Below, piece after piece: positions 1-8,308 of a stretch of DNA of 25,834 nucleotides. Numbering within the stretch: position 1 is the first letter of the stretch; every line of letters starts with the position of its first letter. The stretch covers positions 1 through 25,834 of the IMG/VR virus record IMGVR_UViG_3300023283_000006. One strand, written 5' to 3'. The stretch is from a virus. Lineage: Duplodnaviria; Caudoviricetes. Position numbers and translations under genes: made by a program. Below the pieces are notes generated by a model that saw only the letters and a program-made list of their open reading frames with translations, was not told where the DNA came from and searched no databases.

Positions 1-245
1 TCTCCCTTCCACGCTCTCAACGCATCGCACAGCGTCGAGCCGGGACCATAGCCGACGATGAGTAGTATACAGCCGATTCCGACATAACCGAGCAGGTCCG
101 CTGCGGCATCCGAGACTGGATATATGATCGCAAGCGCGCCGACCGCGATCAGACCACCGATACCGATGTAGCTCTGGTAGCGTCGATGCCGCCACCACTT
201 GACCGGATCCGGCGGTACGTTCTGGCTGTCGTCTTTAGCGGCCAT
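1..245 (-). CDS. Putative two-TM holin (3' end off window; absent from ORF track)
   Basis: Hand translation from ATG at 245: MAAKDDSQNVPPDPVKWWRHRRYQSYIGIGGLIAVGALAIIYPVSDAAADLLGYVGIGCILLIVGYGPGSTLCDALRAWKG... with no stop before the edge. Basic WWRHRR patch followed by two hydrophobic segments; lies in the lysis region. Confidence 0.65.
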   Translation of the reverse strand, partial: MAAKDDSQNVPPDPVKWWRHRRYQSYIGIGGLIAVGALAIIYPVSDAAADLLGYVGIGCILLIVGYGPGSTLCDALRAWKG

Positions 246-618
246 CGAAACAGTGGTCCTTGTCCCAAATGTTGAGCAGTCGACACTGCAACTTCGCTAT
301 CCGCGAGCCTGCCCGTGCGTGGCGATCGAGCCGTGCGGTGTACAGCCACTCGCGTGGCGCCTCGCGAAAGACCATCGTGCCGACAATGACGTTGACTGTC
401 ACGTCGAGCGGCAACCCGATACCGAACACGGGCACGGCCCATACGTAGTGATACCAGCGCAGGCGTCCACGATCGCGCCGACTGATCAAGTGCATCGCCT
501 TGATGTACGCCAGCAACGTGACTGCAACAAGGCCGACCACCCCGAGGCCGAACGGCAGCAGGCCGATCTGGTCGATCAGGAGCGAGAATGCCCAGCCGAT
601 AAGTATCTCTTCGATCAC
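235..618 (-). CDS. Membrane protein of the lysis region (2-3 hydrophobic segments)
   Basis: ORF track 235..630. Preferred start is GTG at 618 (GGAG 6 nt upstream; GTGA overlap with the upstream stop). Hydrophobic segments LLPFGLGVVGLVAVTLLAYI and YVWAVPVFGIGLPLDVTVNVIVGTMVF; C-terminal C...DKDHC. Confidence 0.65.
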   Translation of the reverse strand: MIEEILIGWAFSLLIDQIGLLPFGLGVVGLVAVTLLAYIKAMHLISRRDRGRLRWYHYVWAVPVFGIGLPLDVTVNVIVGTMVFREAPREWLYTARLDRHARAGSRIAKLQCRLLNIWDKDHCFDGR

Positions 619-680
619 GATGGGCTCCACAGATAGATCATTATGATCACTGCGATCAGTATGACCGCAATCCAGATCAC
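615..680 (-). CDS. 21-aa single-TM micropeptide MIWIAVILIAVIIMIYLWSPS
   Basis: GTG at 680 overlaps the endolysin stop (GTGA), and its TGA (617-615) overlaps the GTG of the next gene. Almost entirely hydrophobic. Confidence 0.55.
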   Translation of the reverse strand: MIWIAVILIAVIIMIYLWSPS

Positions 681-1189
681 GTCACAACACCTGCATCCAG
701 CGATTCAAGTCGTGCCCGAACCCGCATGGTGAAGTCATACCACGGGAAACCCTGCCCCGGATCCACCTTGCGCTCCGGGTCGATATCCGAGTGCCGATCG
801 AGCTGCCCGCGCTTTGGCTCGATGCCGTATTCGCGACACCATCGAGCGACTTGATCGACCGTCGCCGTCAACTGCCGCAGACCGACCCAGGGCTCCTTGA
901 TACGCTCGACGAACGGCGTATAGCTGTAGACGTTGGGCGCCAGCACCTCGATGCCGAGACTGTCCGTGTTGTATCCCCTGGCGTGGTAGGCGCCCTCGCA
1001 GTCCTGACGGCAACGGATCAACGTGCCGTCCGGTGCGACGAGGACGTGAGCCGACAACCCGATCCGATCGAGGAACGTCGCGGCATACACGCGCTCGCCC
1101 TCGTCGTCGATCTGGTGGGCCATCGCATGCACCACGATGCGCCGGGGCGTCTGACTGGATGCACCGTGCGGTAGGGGCCGTTCAATCAT
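677..1189 (-). CDS. Endolysin, N-acetylmuramoyl-L-alanine amidase (Amidase_2 / T7 lysozyme-like)
   Basis: Motifs IVVHAM, SAHVLVAPDG, AYHARGYNTDSLGIE and HSDI...RKVDPG; position downstream of the tail genes. Confidence 0.92.
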   Translation of the reverse strand: MIERPLPHGASSQTPRRIVVHAMAHQIDDEGERVYAATFLDRIGLSAHVLVAPDGTLIRCRQDCEGAYHARGYNTDSLGIEVLAPNVYSYTPFVERIKEPWVGLRQLTATVDQVARWCREYGIEPKRGQLDRHSDIDPERKVDPGQGFPWYDFTMRVRARLESLDAGVVT

Positions 1190-1535
1190 CGTCGGACCAT
1201 TGGTGCCTCGTCGCCGTGTTGTAGGCGACCTCCATGAGGTGGCGGTCGATGGCTGCCAGGCGTTCGTTGATATGCCTCATCTCCCGGTCCATACGGTCGT
1301 GGAGTTGCTGCTCGATGCGCTGCACATTGCGCTCCTGTCGTGCCCACAAAATACCCGCGATCGAAAACAGGCCGAGCGTGACCACGCCGAACAGCCATCT
1401 AAGCGCTGGCGATAGCTGGACGAACAGCAGGTGCCAGACGTCGGGGGGTTGTCCGCCATCGGGACTCATGCCGCGTACTCGCTTGCGTCGCTCCGGGACA
1501 TGATCTGGTCTCGGATTGTGCTGGATCGTCTGCAT
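1182..1535 (-). CDS. Single-TM + coiled-coil protein, holin-like (start uncertain: 1535 or 1469)
   Basis: TM segment WLFGVVTLGLFSIAGILW followed by heptad-like RNVQRIEQQLHDRMDREMRHINERLAAIDRHL; immediately upstream of the amidase. Confidence 0.6.
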   Translation of the reverse strand: MQTIQHNPRPDHVPERRKRVRGMSPDGGQPPDVWHLLFVQLSPALRWLFGVVTLGLFSIAGILWARQERNVQRIEQQLHDRMDREMRHINERLAAIDRHLMEVAYNTATRHQWSDDD

Positions 1536-1557
1536 TGCATCAAACCACGGCCTTGGA

Positions 1558-2223
1558 TCAAGTCTTGACCATGCGCACATCGTCATAGGCGTTCGTGCTC
1601 GATTCACCACCGTTCCAGCCTCGACTTGTGGTGCCAAACGAACGGATTGCGAGGGTTTCGACACCTTGCGTCGAACGCAATGGCCGATCTACAGCAGCAT
1701 TGAAGGTTTCGCTTGTCGAGGGCTTCTCGATCGTCACATCGAACGTTCCTGCGACCCAGTCGAATGTAATGCGCACTCGAAGCCAGACACCGCTTTCCGC
1801 GCCGCCGTTGTCGTCAGCACTGCTCCAGCCGTTGGCATCCCATATTTCCCAGTCGGGATTGGAGCTTGCCCAGCCGCATACATCATCACCGTTGCCGTCG
1901 ATGACAGCCCAGCCCCCTCCATTCGAGCTGCTAAATTCCAAAACCCACATCTCGGCAAAATCGATCTGCACACCGCCGGATGTCTCGGCAGGCGCCCAGA
2001 CCGCGTAATCGACGGGATTACTACTGTCATTACCACCGATAAAGAGCGATTGTGTCCCAGAACGACTATCCGTCGTGTGGTCCGGGTCACTACTGGTACC
2101 GTTATTGTTGGTCCAAGCGGATGGAAAACCCGTGCCTTCCCAATCGGTGACGATATCAAACGTGCCACCACCACCGCCGCCACCAGATGGCCGATGGATA
2201 AAACCCAGCCTGTGTACACCCAT
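1558..2223 (-). CDS. Putative receptor-binding / fibre-tip protein with ConA/LamG-like beta-sandwich
   Basis: ATG at 2223, 2 nt after the fibre stop; short N-peptide plus Gly7 linker; Trp/Ser/Gly/Asp-rich; WLRVRITFDW...TFDVTI and terminal YDDVRM pattern typical of lectin-like folds. Confidence 0.6.
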   Translation of the reverse strand: MGVHRLGFIHRPSGGGGGGGTFDIVTDWEGTGFPSAWTNNNGTSSDPDHTTDSRSGTQSLFIGGNDSSNPVDYAVWAPAETSGGVQIDFAEMWVLEFSSSNGGGWAVIDGNGDDVCGWASSNPDWEIWDANGWSSADDNGGAESGVWLRVRITFDWVAGTFDVTIEKPSTSETFNAAVDRPLRSTQGVETLAIRSFGTTSRGWNGGESSTNAYDDVRMVKT

Positions 2224-2225
2224 GA

Positions 2226-3659
2226 TCACGACAGATCCCCCACCAGCACCCACTCGTCCGTGGCACGCTTGTACAGTGTTGCCGCCGACCACTGGCCGTT
2301 AGTGCTCAAAAGGCCGCCGCTGCTCTGAATCGTCACACCGCTTTGACCCGAGAAGGTGACCTTGTTCCCGTCCGCCTGTACCACACCGACGCTGTAGCCT
2401 ACCGGCAATGCAACATTGCTGTTTGACGGCACAGTGATCGTGAACGCCGACCCCGATGCGCAGTCCATGTTCTTTCCAGCATCAGCAGCAGCAAGCGTGA
2501 AATCGGCCGTCTGGAAATCAATCTTCTGCCCGTGTCCGAACAAGTTGCCGTCATCATCGATGAGAACCTTGCTGTTCTGGATCGTAGTGCCATCACTTCC
2601 TGAAAAGCGCGCGATGGCATTGTCGGTGCTTGATCCAGGTCCCGTGACATCACCAGCACCCGATCCGCTTGGCGTGATCTGACTCGCAACCGTCCGCCAC
2701 TTGGAGCCATCGCAGACGAGCAATACGCCGTCGCCTCCGGTTACTAAGTCCAGTGTTTCCGATCCGTCGATCAGCTCCGTGCCGTCTGCATCGATCGTGA
2801 CCTTGTTCGTCGCATCCTCTATATATACTGCAATGGTGAACCCATCGCCCGCCGTCGCTGCTGCCAGCAGTGTGATCGTGCGCGCGCTTGTCGTATCGGT
2901 GACCGCGATCTGCTGACCGTGATCAGACGACGCAACTGTATAGTTGCCGGTCTTTGCCTGCACCGGCATGCCAAGACCGACGAATTCGAGCGCGTCCTCC
3001 GAACTGTTAACCACGGCCATGCGCCTGGCACTGCCGGTATATCCAGATGGCGTATCGCCAAGACCTGTGAAATCGCTCGCACCGCCACCGCCGCCAGCAG
3101 TCGTTGCCCAGCTTGCGCCATCGAACCGGACCTCGACATCCTCGTCATTGACCCACAGCGGACCCATGCCCTCGATGGGCGTGACGAACGACCAGTCACC
3201 GCCGTAAAAGAACGCGACACTATTGCGCTGACCGTTAAATGCATCGTCGGCGTGCAACAAATTGCCATCGGCCGTCGCGTCCGTGATGTTCTCGTTGACC
3301 GTGATATCGGTCTCGTTGGCACCGGAGTCAAACAAGACCGAGGCGACCGTGTAGGTCCCATCGTTGCCCGTCGAGCCGTCGATCTCGATGGCATCGTTGG
3401 CACCGATGCGCCCGGTCTGGTCACCGCCGACGCTGACGATCTCGCCGCCGGTATCGACCGCAACGATCGCGAAAGACGCAGCATCGACGATATAGCTATC
3501 TCCGTCTACCGGCGAAAGGGTGCTCTCGTCGTCGACAGCACGCGACAGGACCCGGACGAGCACGGCCTCGATCTGGCGCAACGCCTCGTTGTGCGTGATG
3601 TGCTTGCTGCCCTGATTTTCCGCGATCTGTGGCAGCTTGAGAAGCGGCGTGGTCGTCAT
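2226..3659 (-). CDS. DUF2793-containing tail fibre protein
   Basis: N-terminus TPLLKLPQIAENQGSKHITHNEALRQIE...GDSYIV...GDWSFVTPIEG matches DUF2793. Fibre-like repeats follow; C-terminus WVLVGDL. Confidence 0.85.
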   Translation of the reverse strand: MTTTPLLKLPQIAENQGSKHITHNEALRQIEAVLVRVLSRAVDDESTLSPVDGDSYIVDAASFAIVAVDTGGEIVSVGGDQTGRIGANDAIEIDGSTGNDGTYTVASVLFDSGANETDITVNENITDATADGNLLHADDAFNGQRNSVAFFYGGDWSFVTPIEGMGPLWVNDEDVEVRFDGASWATTAGGGGGASDFTGLGDTPSGYTGSARRMAVVNSSEDALEFVGLGMPVQAKTGNYTVASSDHGQQIAVTDTTSARTITLLAAATAGDGFTIAVYIEDATNKVTIDADGTELIDGSETLDLVTGGDGVLLVCDGSKWRTVASQITPSGSGAGDVTGPGSSTDNAIARFSGSDGTTIQNSKVLIDDDGNLFGHGQKIDFQTADFTLAAADAGKNMDCASGSAFTITVPSNSNVALPVGYSVGVVQADGNKVTFSGQSGVTIQSSGGLLSTNGQWSAATLYKRATDEWVLVGDLS

Positions 3660-6600
3660 AGAGTGATCTCCGCCTTGGTGCCGCGTCCTACTGTAGCATT
3701 GATCTGGTAGACGCGCAGGGTGATGGAAAGCTGGACCGATCCGAAATCAGTCTGCTGATCGCTCGCGGTATAGGTCACGCTCGGCGTCGTCGATGTCAGC
3801 GTGCGAACGACCGTCGAGCCGTCCATGACATCGACCTCATAGGACTCTGACGCCTCGATGACGGGGGTCTCGATGAAGTCGCGCCAAGCACCGGCAATGC
3901 GCGCACGGCGCACCCATGTGACCGTCAGATTCCCGCTCGCATTGCGTGATCCTTGCAGATGCACCGGCGCGTAGGGCTTGAGCGATTGACCCTGCGCGGT
4001 GAACTGCTGAGAAGGCGAGCGACTGACAGGTCGACCGAACGACACGCCCTTATAGGCGCGCTGTGTTCCGATCGAGTCGGCGTCGATCGACTGACGGAAT
4101 ACGCCCACGTTGAGCCCGACGACATCGTCACCAGCCGCGTGCATGGCCGTGGTCCACTCGGTCCCCTTGCGCCCGCGTAACAGCGTCGAGATCGTCACCG
4201 ATCCATCGTCTTCAAGTGTGGCATCGACGAACTGGACGATCTCCCACGAGGTGCCGGCCCGGATTGCGAGCGCGTTTGATCCATCCAGTACATCACTCTC
4301 CGACACGCTGACCAGATCACCGGCCACCAGATCGAGATTGAGCGTGCTCGCTCGATCCCATATGCCGACAGGACCATCCGCAAGAGCCTCGGTCGCACGA
4401 CCGACCGTCGCGCTCTCCGTACTTGCCGTTACCGACGCGAACGCCTGACCATCGGGGGATCGGAATAGCTCGCCGCCCTGCCATCCATCCAGAACGCCTG
4501 CCAACGCGAAGTAGAAGCCGGGTCCGTCATCGCGATCACGCAGCGTTGGCAGATCCATGAGCACAAGCTCGGTCGGCCCCGGCAGGCCCAGTGTCTCGCT
4601 GTTGTCCTCGCCGCCGACGCCCTTTGCGCTGGAGTCGTAGACGGACTCTGCGACGAGAGCCAGGCGCCGGATGCCGGGGCGGCCGTCGTCGATTTGCTGG
4701 ATGCGCAACTGGCCAGCCAGTACCTCGGTGTCTAGCGTGATGACATCCGCCGGCGTGAGCTGCGCAAGCTGGATACTGACCGAACCCTCGGCCGTAAGCG
4801 CGCTGTTCCATTCCTCGCGAAGCAAATTGTCGGCGATCTGTGCGGCCTCGTCGGCACTGAGCACGATGGGCAGTTGCACATCACGCTCGCGCTCGGACTC
4901 CGTGACCAGCCGGCCAGCGTACTGCGAGCCCTGCTCGAACGATGCGTCGACATCGAAATACTGCACGCGCACGCGCCGATCCATCTCGGTCTCGAGCTTA
5001 CGCGTCGTCGCAACGCGCGCGGGCAGTTCCTCGCCAGGCTCGTGCGCTGCAAGGTCGTCGTCGGTGATCGTCGCAACCGATGATCCGCCGCGAGATACAG
5101 CGGAGAACGAATAACCTACCTGCGGCAGGTCGAACGGAAACGCCGTGCGCAATGGCTCGATCGCGCTTCGCACCGGCATAGGGCGGTCAATGCGATAGCC
5201 ACGGACATTCTGCGTTACACCCAATGTATCGACTGACACCCCTACGCGATCGGCAAGATCGTCGATGATCGATGCGAGGGTTTGCGATGTCTCGGGCAGG
5301 GACGCGTTCGCGCGCACGATACTGATGCGCGTGTGTTGATCTCCACCGCCAACACCTTCAGCCGTCATCTGGAAGCAGACACCATCATCGGCAATCGCAA
5401 TCGCTGATATATCTCCACTGACATTCACGCTGCCGATCAAGTCGAAATCACCGTCGATATTCAGCTCATACATGAATATCTTGTCAGGACGCACCGTCCA
5501 CAACCTCCGCCCACTGGATTCCATAGCGGGCCAATCCGCATTGATATCGGTGAATCGGCTATAACCAAACCGACGCGGCGCATTCAAAACTCGCCCGGTT
5601 TGAACAGCGCGCCCGCCCACGTCATAGCGTGTATAGTTGTGATGCAACAACACACCTGCGAAATCGAACACGGGATCGAAATGCCAGAAATGACGACGCC
5701 TCGGCTCGACCGCTGCTGCACCTACTGGTCCTGCGTCATCATCACGCGCCAGAACAAAGAACGAACTCTTGGAAGCTGCACCAACTGGATGCGATGCCAA
5801 TTGCCATTCCGAAGTCGAACTGATAAATCCCAAAGCAATCTCGGACGAATTGTCATCACCAAACACACCCAGGCGATAGTGCTGCACAATGTCATCGGAC
5901 TTGGCATAGCCGTTGAACTTGCGCCCGATAAAGTCGCCGCTCAACGTAAATCTATGATCAACCTGTTCCGATTTATCACTTGCGCTTTCCGGGTCCGGTA
6001 CACCCGGACGCGCATTGGCAATAACCAGATCGTCCTCTAGACGTATCCAGTCGGTCTGGCCGAGCGACCGATTTCCTTGTTGTAACGCCTCGACCACCGT
6101 CGTTTTCATCAACTCAGGCCTCGACCCCGAACTCTGCGTGACGACCTCGGCACGGATGTTGGGCAGTCTGTCGCCCCACTTTTCAAGCTGTAGATCACCA
6201 AACAACAGATAGACAGTGCCCCGATACGCGGGCACATTGCCCATGCCACGATCGGCCTCGATCGTCGGGTCCGGCCGCTGCGTCTCGGTGCCCTTGTAGA
6301 GGACAACACTGCCGATGTGCTCGTCGTCGGTCGTACCCTGCTCGACGTTGCCGGACTCACCATCAGCGAGTGATACGCCAGAGAGCAACGCTTCGGGGTC
6401 GGCATTATCGCGCCCATCGTAAAGCAACACGGCATCAGCCCATATACGGCGCACACCCGCAATAGGACCTTCACAGAGCGTGACGGCGAACGTCGCCGAA
6501 TAGGTGAAAGTCACGCGCGTTTGCTTCGGACCACCACCCTTGCCGCCACTCGTCTCTTCCTCGCGCGTTTCCTTGATCTCGTTGTTGTTCAACCAGATCA

Positions 6601-6835
6601 CAGTGCCCGGCACCATCACGGTGCCATAAGGTATTGCTATCGGCGCGCCGAACTCGCTCGGCGACACACTGAGATCATCGAGGCGCGGGCCGGTTACCGT
6701 CTGGTCGGGCGCGGTGAACGAGCCGACGAGTGCAGATCCGACGGCAAAGCCGAGCGACGTGCCAACGCCAGGGATGAAGGAAAACGCAGCAGCGCCGATC
6801 AGACCACCGGCCAGTGGGGCAAGACTGTCAGACAT
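3656..6835 (-). CDS. Tail tip / host-specificity protein (GTA megatron-like, Phage-tail_3)
   Basis: GPRLDDLSV..SEFGAPI...YGT, GGKGGGPK, YSATFAVTLCEGPI.GVRRIWAD, PAYRGTVY, LLRGRKGTE and WVRRARI motifs; follows the NlpC/P60 gene. Confidence 0.9.
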   Translation of the reverse strand: MSDSLAPLAGGLIGAAAFSFIPGVGTSLGFAVGSALVGSFTAPDQTVTGPRLDDLSVSPSEFGAPIAIPYGTVMVPGTVIWLNNNEIKETREEETSGGKGGGPKQTRVTFTYSATFAVTLCEGPIAGVRRIWADAVLLYDGRDNADPEALLSGVSLADGESGNVEQGTTDDEHIGSVVLYKGTETQRPDPTIEADRGMGNVPAYRGTVYLLFGDLQLEKWGDRLPNIRAEVVTQSSGSRPELMKTTVVEALQQGNRSLGQTDWIRLEDDLVIANARPGVPDPESASDKSEQVDHRFTLSGDFIGRKFNGYAKSDDIVQHYRLGVFGDDNSSEIALGFISSTSEWQLASHPVGAASKSSFFVLARDDDAGPVGAAAVEPRRRHFWHFDPVFDFAGVLLHHNYTRYDVGGRAVQTGRVLNAPRRFGYSRFTDINADWPAMESSGRRLWTVRPDKIFMYELNIDGDFDLIGSVNVSGDISAIAIADDGVCFQMTAEGVGGGDQHTRISIVRANASLPETSQTLASIIDDLADRVGVSVDTLGVTQNVRGYRIDRPMPVRSAIEPLRTAFPFDLPQVGYSFSAVSRGGSSVATITDDDLAAHEPGEELPARVATTRKLETEMDRRVRVQYFDVDASFEQGSQYAGRLVTESERERDVQLPIVLSADEAAQIADNLLREEWNSALTAEGSVSIQLAQLTPADVITLDTEVLAGQLRIQQIDDGRPGIRRLALVAESVYDSSAKGVGGEDNSETLGLPGPTELVLMDLPTLRDRDDGPGFYFALAGVLDGWQGGELFRSPDGQAFASVTASTESATVGRATEALADGPVGIWDRASTLNLDLVAGDLVSVSESDVLDGSNALAIRAGTSWEIVQFVDATLEDDGSVTISTLLRGRKGTEWTTAMHAAGDDVVGLNVGVFRQSIDADSIGTQRAYKGVSFGRPVSRSPSQQFTAQGQSLKPYAPVHLQGSRNASGNLTVTWVRRARIAGAWRDFIETPVIEASESYEVDVMDGSTVVRTLTSTTPSVTYTASDQQTDFGSVQLSITLRVYQINATVGRGTKAEITL

Positions 6836-7256
6836 CGCACCGATCCTTGTGCCGATAGGTCGTCACGATGCGCGACCGCCACGTGCCGTCGAGACCATGC
6901 TCGACCACCCCGCGCATGCGCAGGTAAGCGTGAATGATGCTGCTGCCCGTCCAGAGCGCGAGGTGCTGTGGCTCGCCGCCAAACCGCATATAAGCGACAT
7001 CGAGCACACGCGGCTCGCTCGTCCAGCCATCGCATATCGGCACAAAAACCTCGGCGAGCGCCGTGCGCATGATCGACGGATTCGGCTCGCGGGCATAGCG
7101 CTTACGATCGGTCATGCGATAGCCGCCGGCGACAAACGCATGGATGATGAGTCCAGCACAGTCCATCCCGATACCGCGCTGGCGGCCCTGGTGACGAAAG
7201 CGCGTGCCCTTGCACGATCGCGCCGCGTCGATCACGGCCTGCTCGCGACTGGTCAC
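6828..7256 (-). CDS. Tail-associated NlpC/P60 cell-wall peptidase
   Basis: GTRFRHQGR...GMDCAGL (catalytic Cys), PQHLALW, IIHAY. GTG at 7256 overlaps the hub stop (GTGA). Confidence 0.9.
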   Translation of the reverse strand: MTSREQAVIDAARSCKGTRFRHQGRQRGIGMDCAGLIIHAFVAGGYRMTDRKRYAREPNPSIMRTALAEVFVPICDGWTSEPRVLDVAYMRFGGEPQHLALWTGSSIIHAYLRMRGVVEHGLDGTWRSRIVTTYRHKDRCDV

Positions 7257-8308
7257 GTCTGGCCCCCGAACCGTGAGGTCACCTGCTTGCCTGGCAGATG
7301 AGGGAACGCACGATGATTGTGTGCGTTGTCGAATTTGGCAATGCAGTCCTGATCGAGCCTCTTGCGGCATCCAGCTTGTGCCGTGTACTGGTCGCCGGCC
7401 TCGATGTCGAAGGGAAATGCCACCCACAGCGTATAGGTGTCGCCGACATAGCCCGACACCTCGCGCTTGATACCGGCGTTGGCACCGCTCGTCATCTCGA
7501 CCGTGCCGCCGCCGAACCAGTCGTCGGGAAAGCCGATGTCGCCGGAAAACTGAGAGCGCGACGTGACACTGACCACCGCATCATCCTGATCCAGTGCGCG
7601 TATAGCCTCCCACTCAGCCGTGCCATCTGCGGTCACGTTGCCGATCGTGGTATCCCAAGCGGGCTCGCTTGACCCGCTCGTGCCGGGCGTCACGCACCGA
7701 AAATGCCGAGTGTTTTGCGTCGTAGGGCGAACGACCGCACCCTTTCCAGCATCCGATGCCGGGCGTTCCTCGTAGAATGTATCCGGCTGCCACTCGGGCG
7801 GTGCCAGTCGCACCTTGCAACGCCCGTCGCCGAGGTCGGCATCGCATGTCGAGCCGTGTACGCGACCCACGGTCTCGCCAAAACGCGTGGCGAGCGATCG
7901 CAGCTCCGCAACATAACGCTGTTCCTCGACGCGAGTCTCGCCGATAAATCCCGCAGCCATTTCCTCGTCGTCCTCGTGCGGATCATCCCATAGCGTTCTG
8001 AAAAGGAACACACGGGCGAAATCGAACAGACCCGCGATCACGTCCTCCCGGCTCACCCCGTTGTCGGTCAGCGCGCCTTCAAGGTCGATCGTCGCCGCCT
8101 CTGCATCCGAGCGCAGCGTGATGGCAGTTGCATCCGGGTCCGCCTCGTCGGGGTGGTAGATGACACCGTTGTTCATCATCAATTGCCGGTCATGCGATGT
8201 CACACGCAGAACAAAGCCGTCCGTGCGCTCGATGCGCAGGCAATAGGCGATCTTTGCCACACCCGACTCGATCGCAGACTGGTAGGCAGGGCGTAATGTC
8301 TTGCTCAC
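7253..8308 (-). CDS. Baseplate hub protein (DUF2163 / phage BR0599 family)
   Basis: CLRIERTDG...TSHDR, CDADLGDGRC and GCRKR...C..KFDN..N.RAFPHLPG (four conserved Cys). Confidence 0.9.
   Translation of the reverse strand: MSKTLRPAYQSAIESGVAKIAYCLRIERTDGFVLRVTSHDRQLMMNNGVIYHPDEADPDATAITLRSDAEAATIDLEGALTDNGVSREDVIAGLFDFARVFLFRTLWDDPHEDDEEMAAGFIGETRVEEQRYVAELRSLATRFGETVGRVHGSTCDADLGDGRCKVRLAPPEWQPDTFYEERPASDAGKGAVVRPTTQNTRHFRCVTPGTSGSSEPAWDTTIGNVTADGTAEWEAIRALDQDDAVVSVTSRSQFSGDIGFPDDWFGGGTVEMTSGANAGIKREVSGYVGDTYTLWVAFPFDIEAGDQYTAQAGCRKRLDQDCIAKFDNAHNHRAFPHLPGKQVTSRFGGQT

Noticed and set aside
2164-2184. GGC/GGT triplet runs (also near 3081-3095 and 19251-19260)
   Set aside because: They encode Gly linkers with mixed codons; not phase-variable repeats or an array.
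1558-6835. Diversity-generating retroelement or invertible fibre cassette
   Set aside because: No reverse transcriptase, invertase or template/variable repeat pair was seen in the window.
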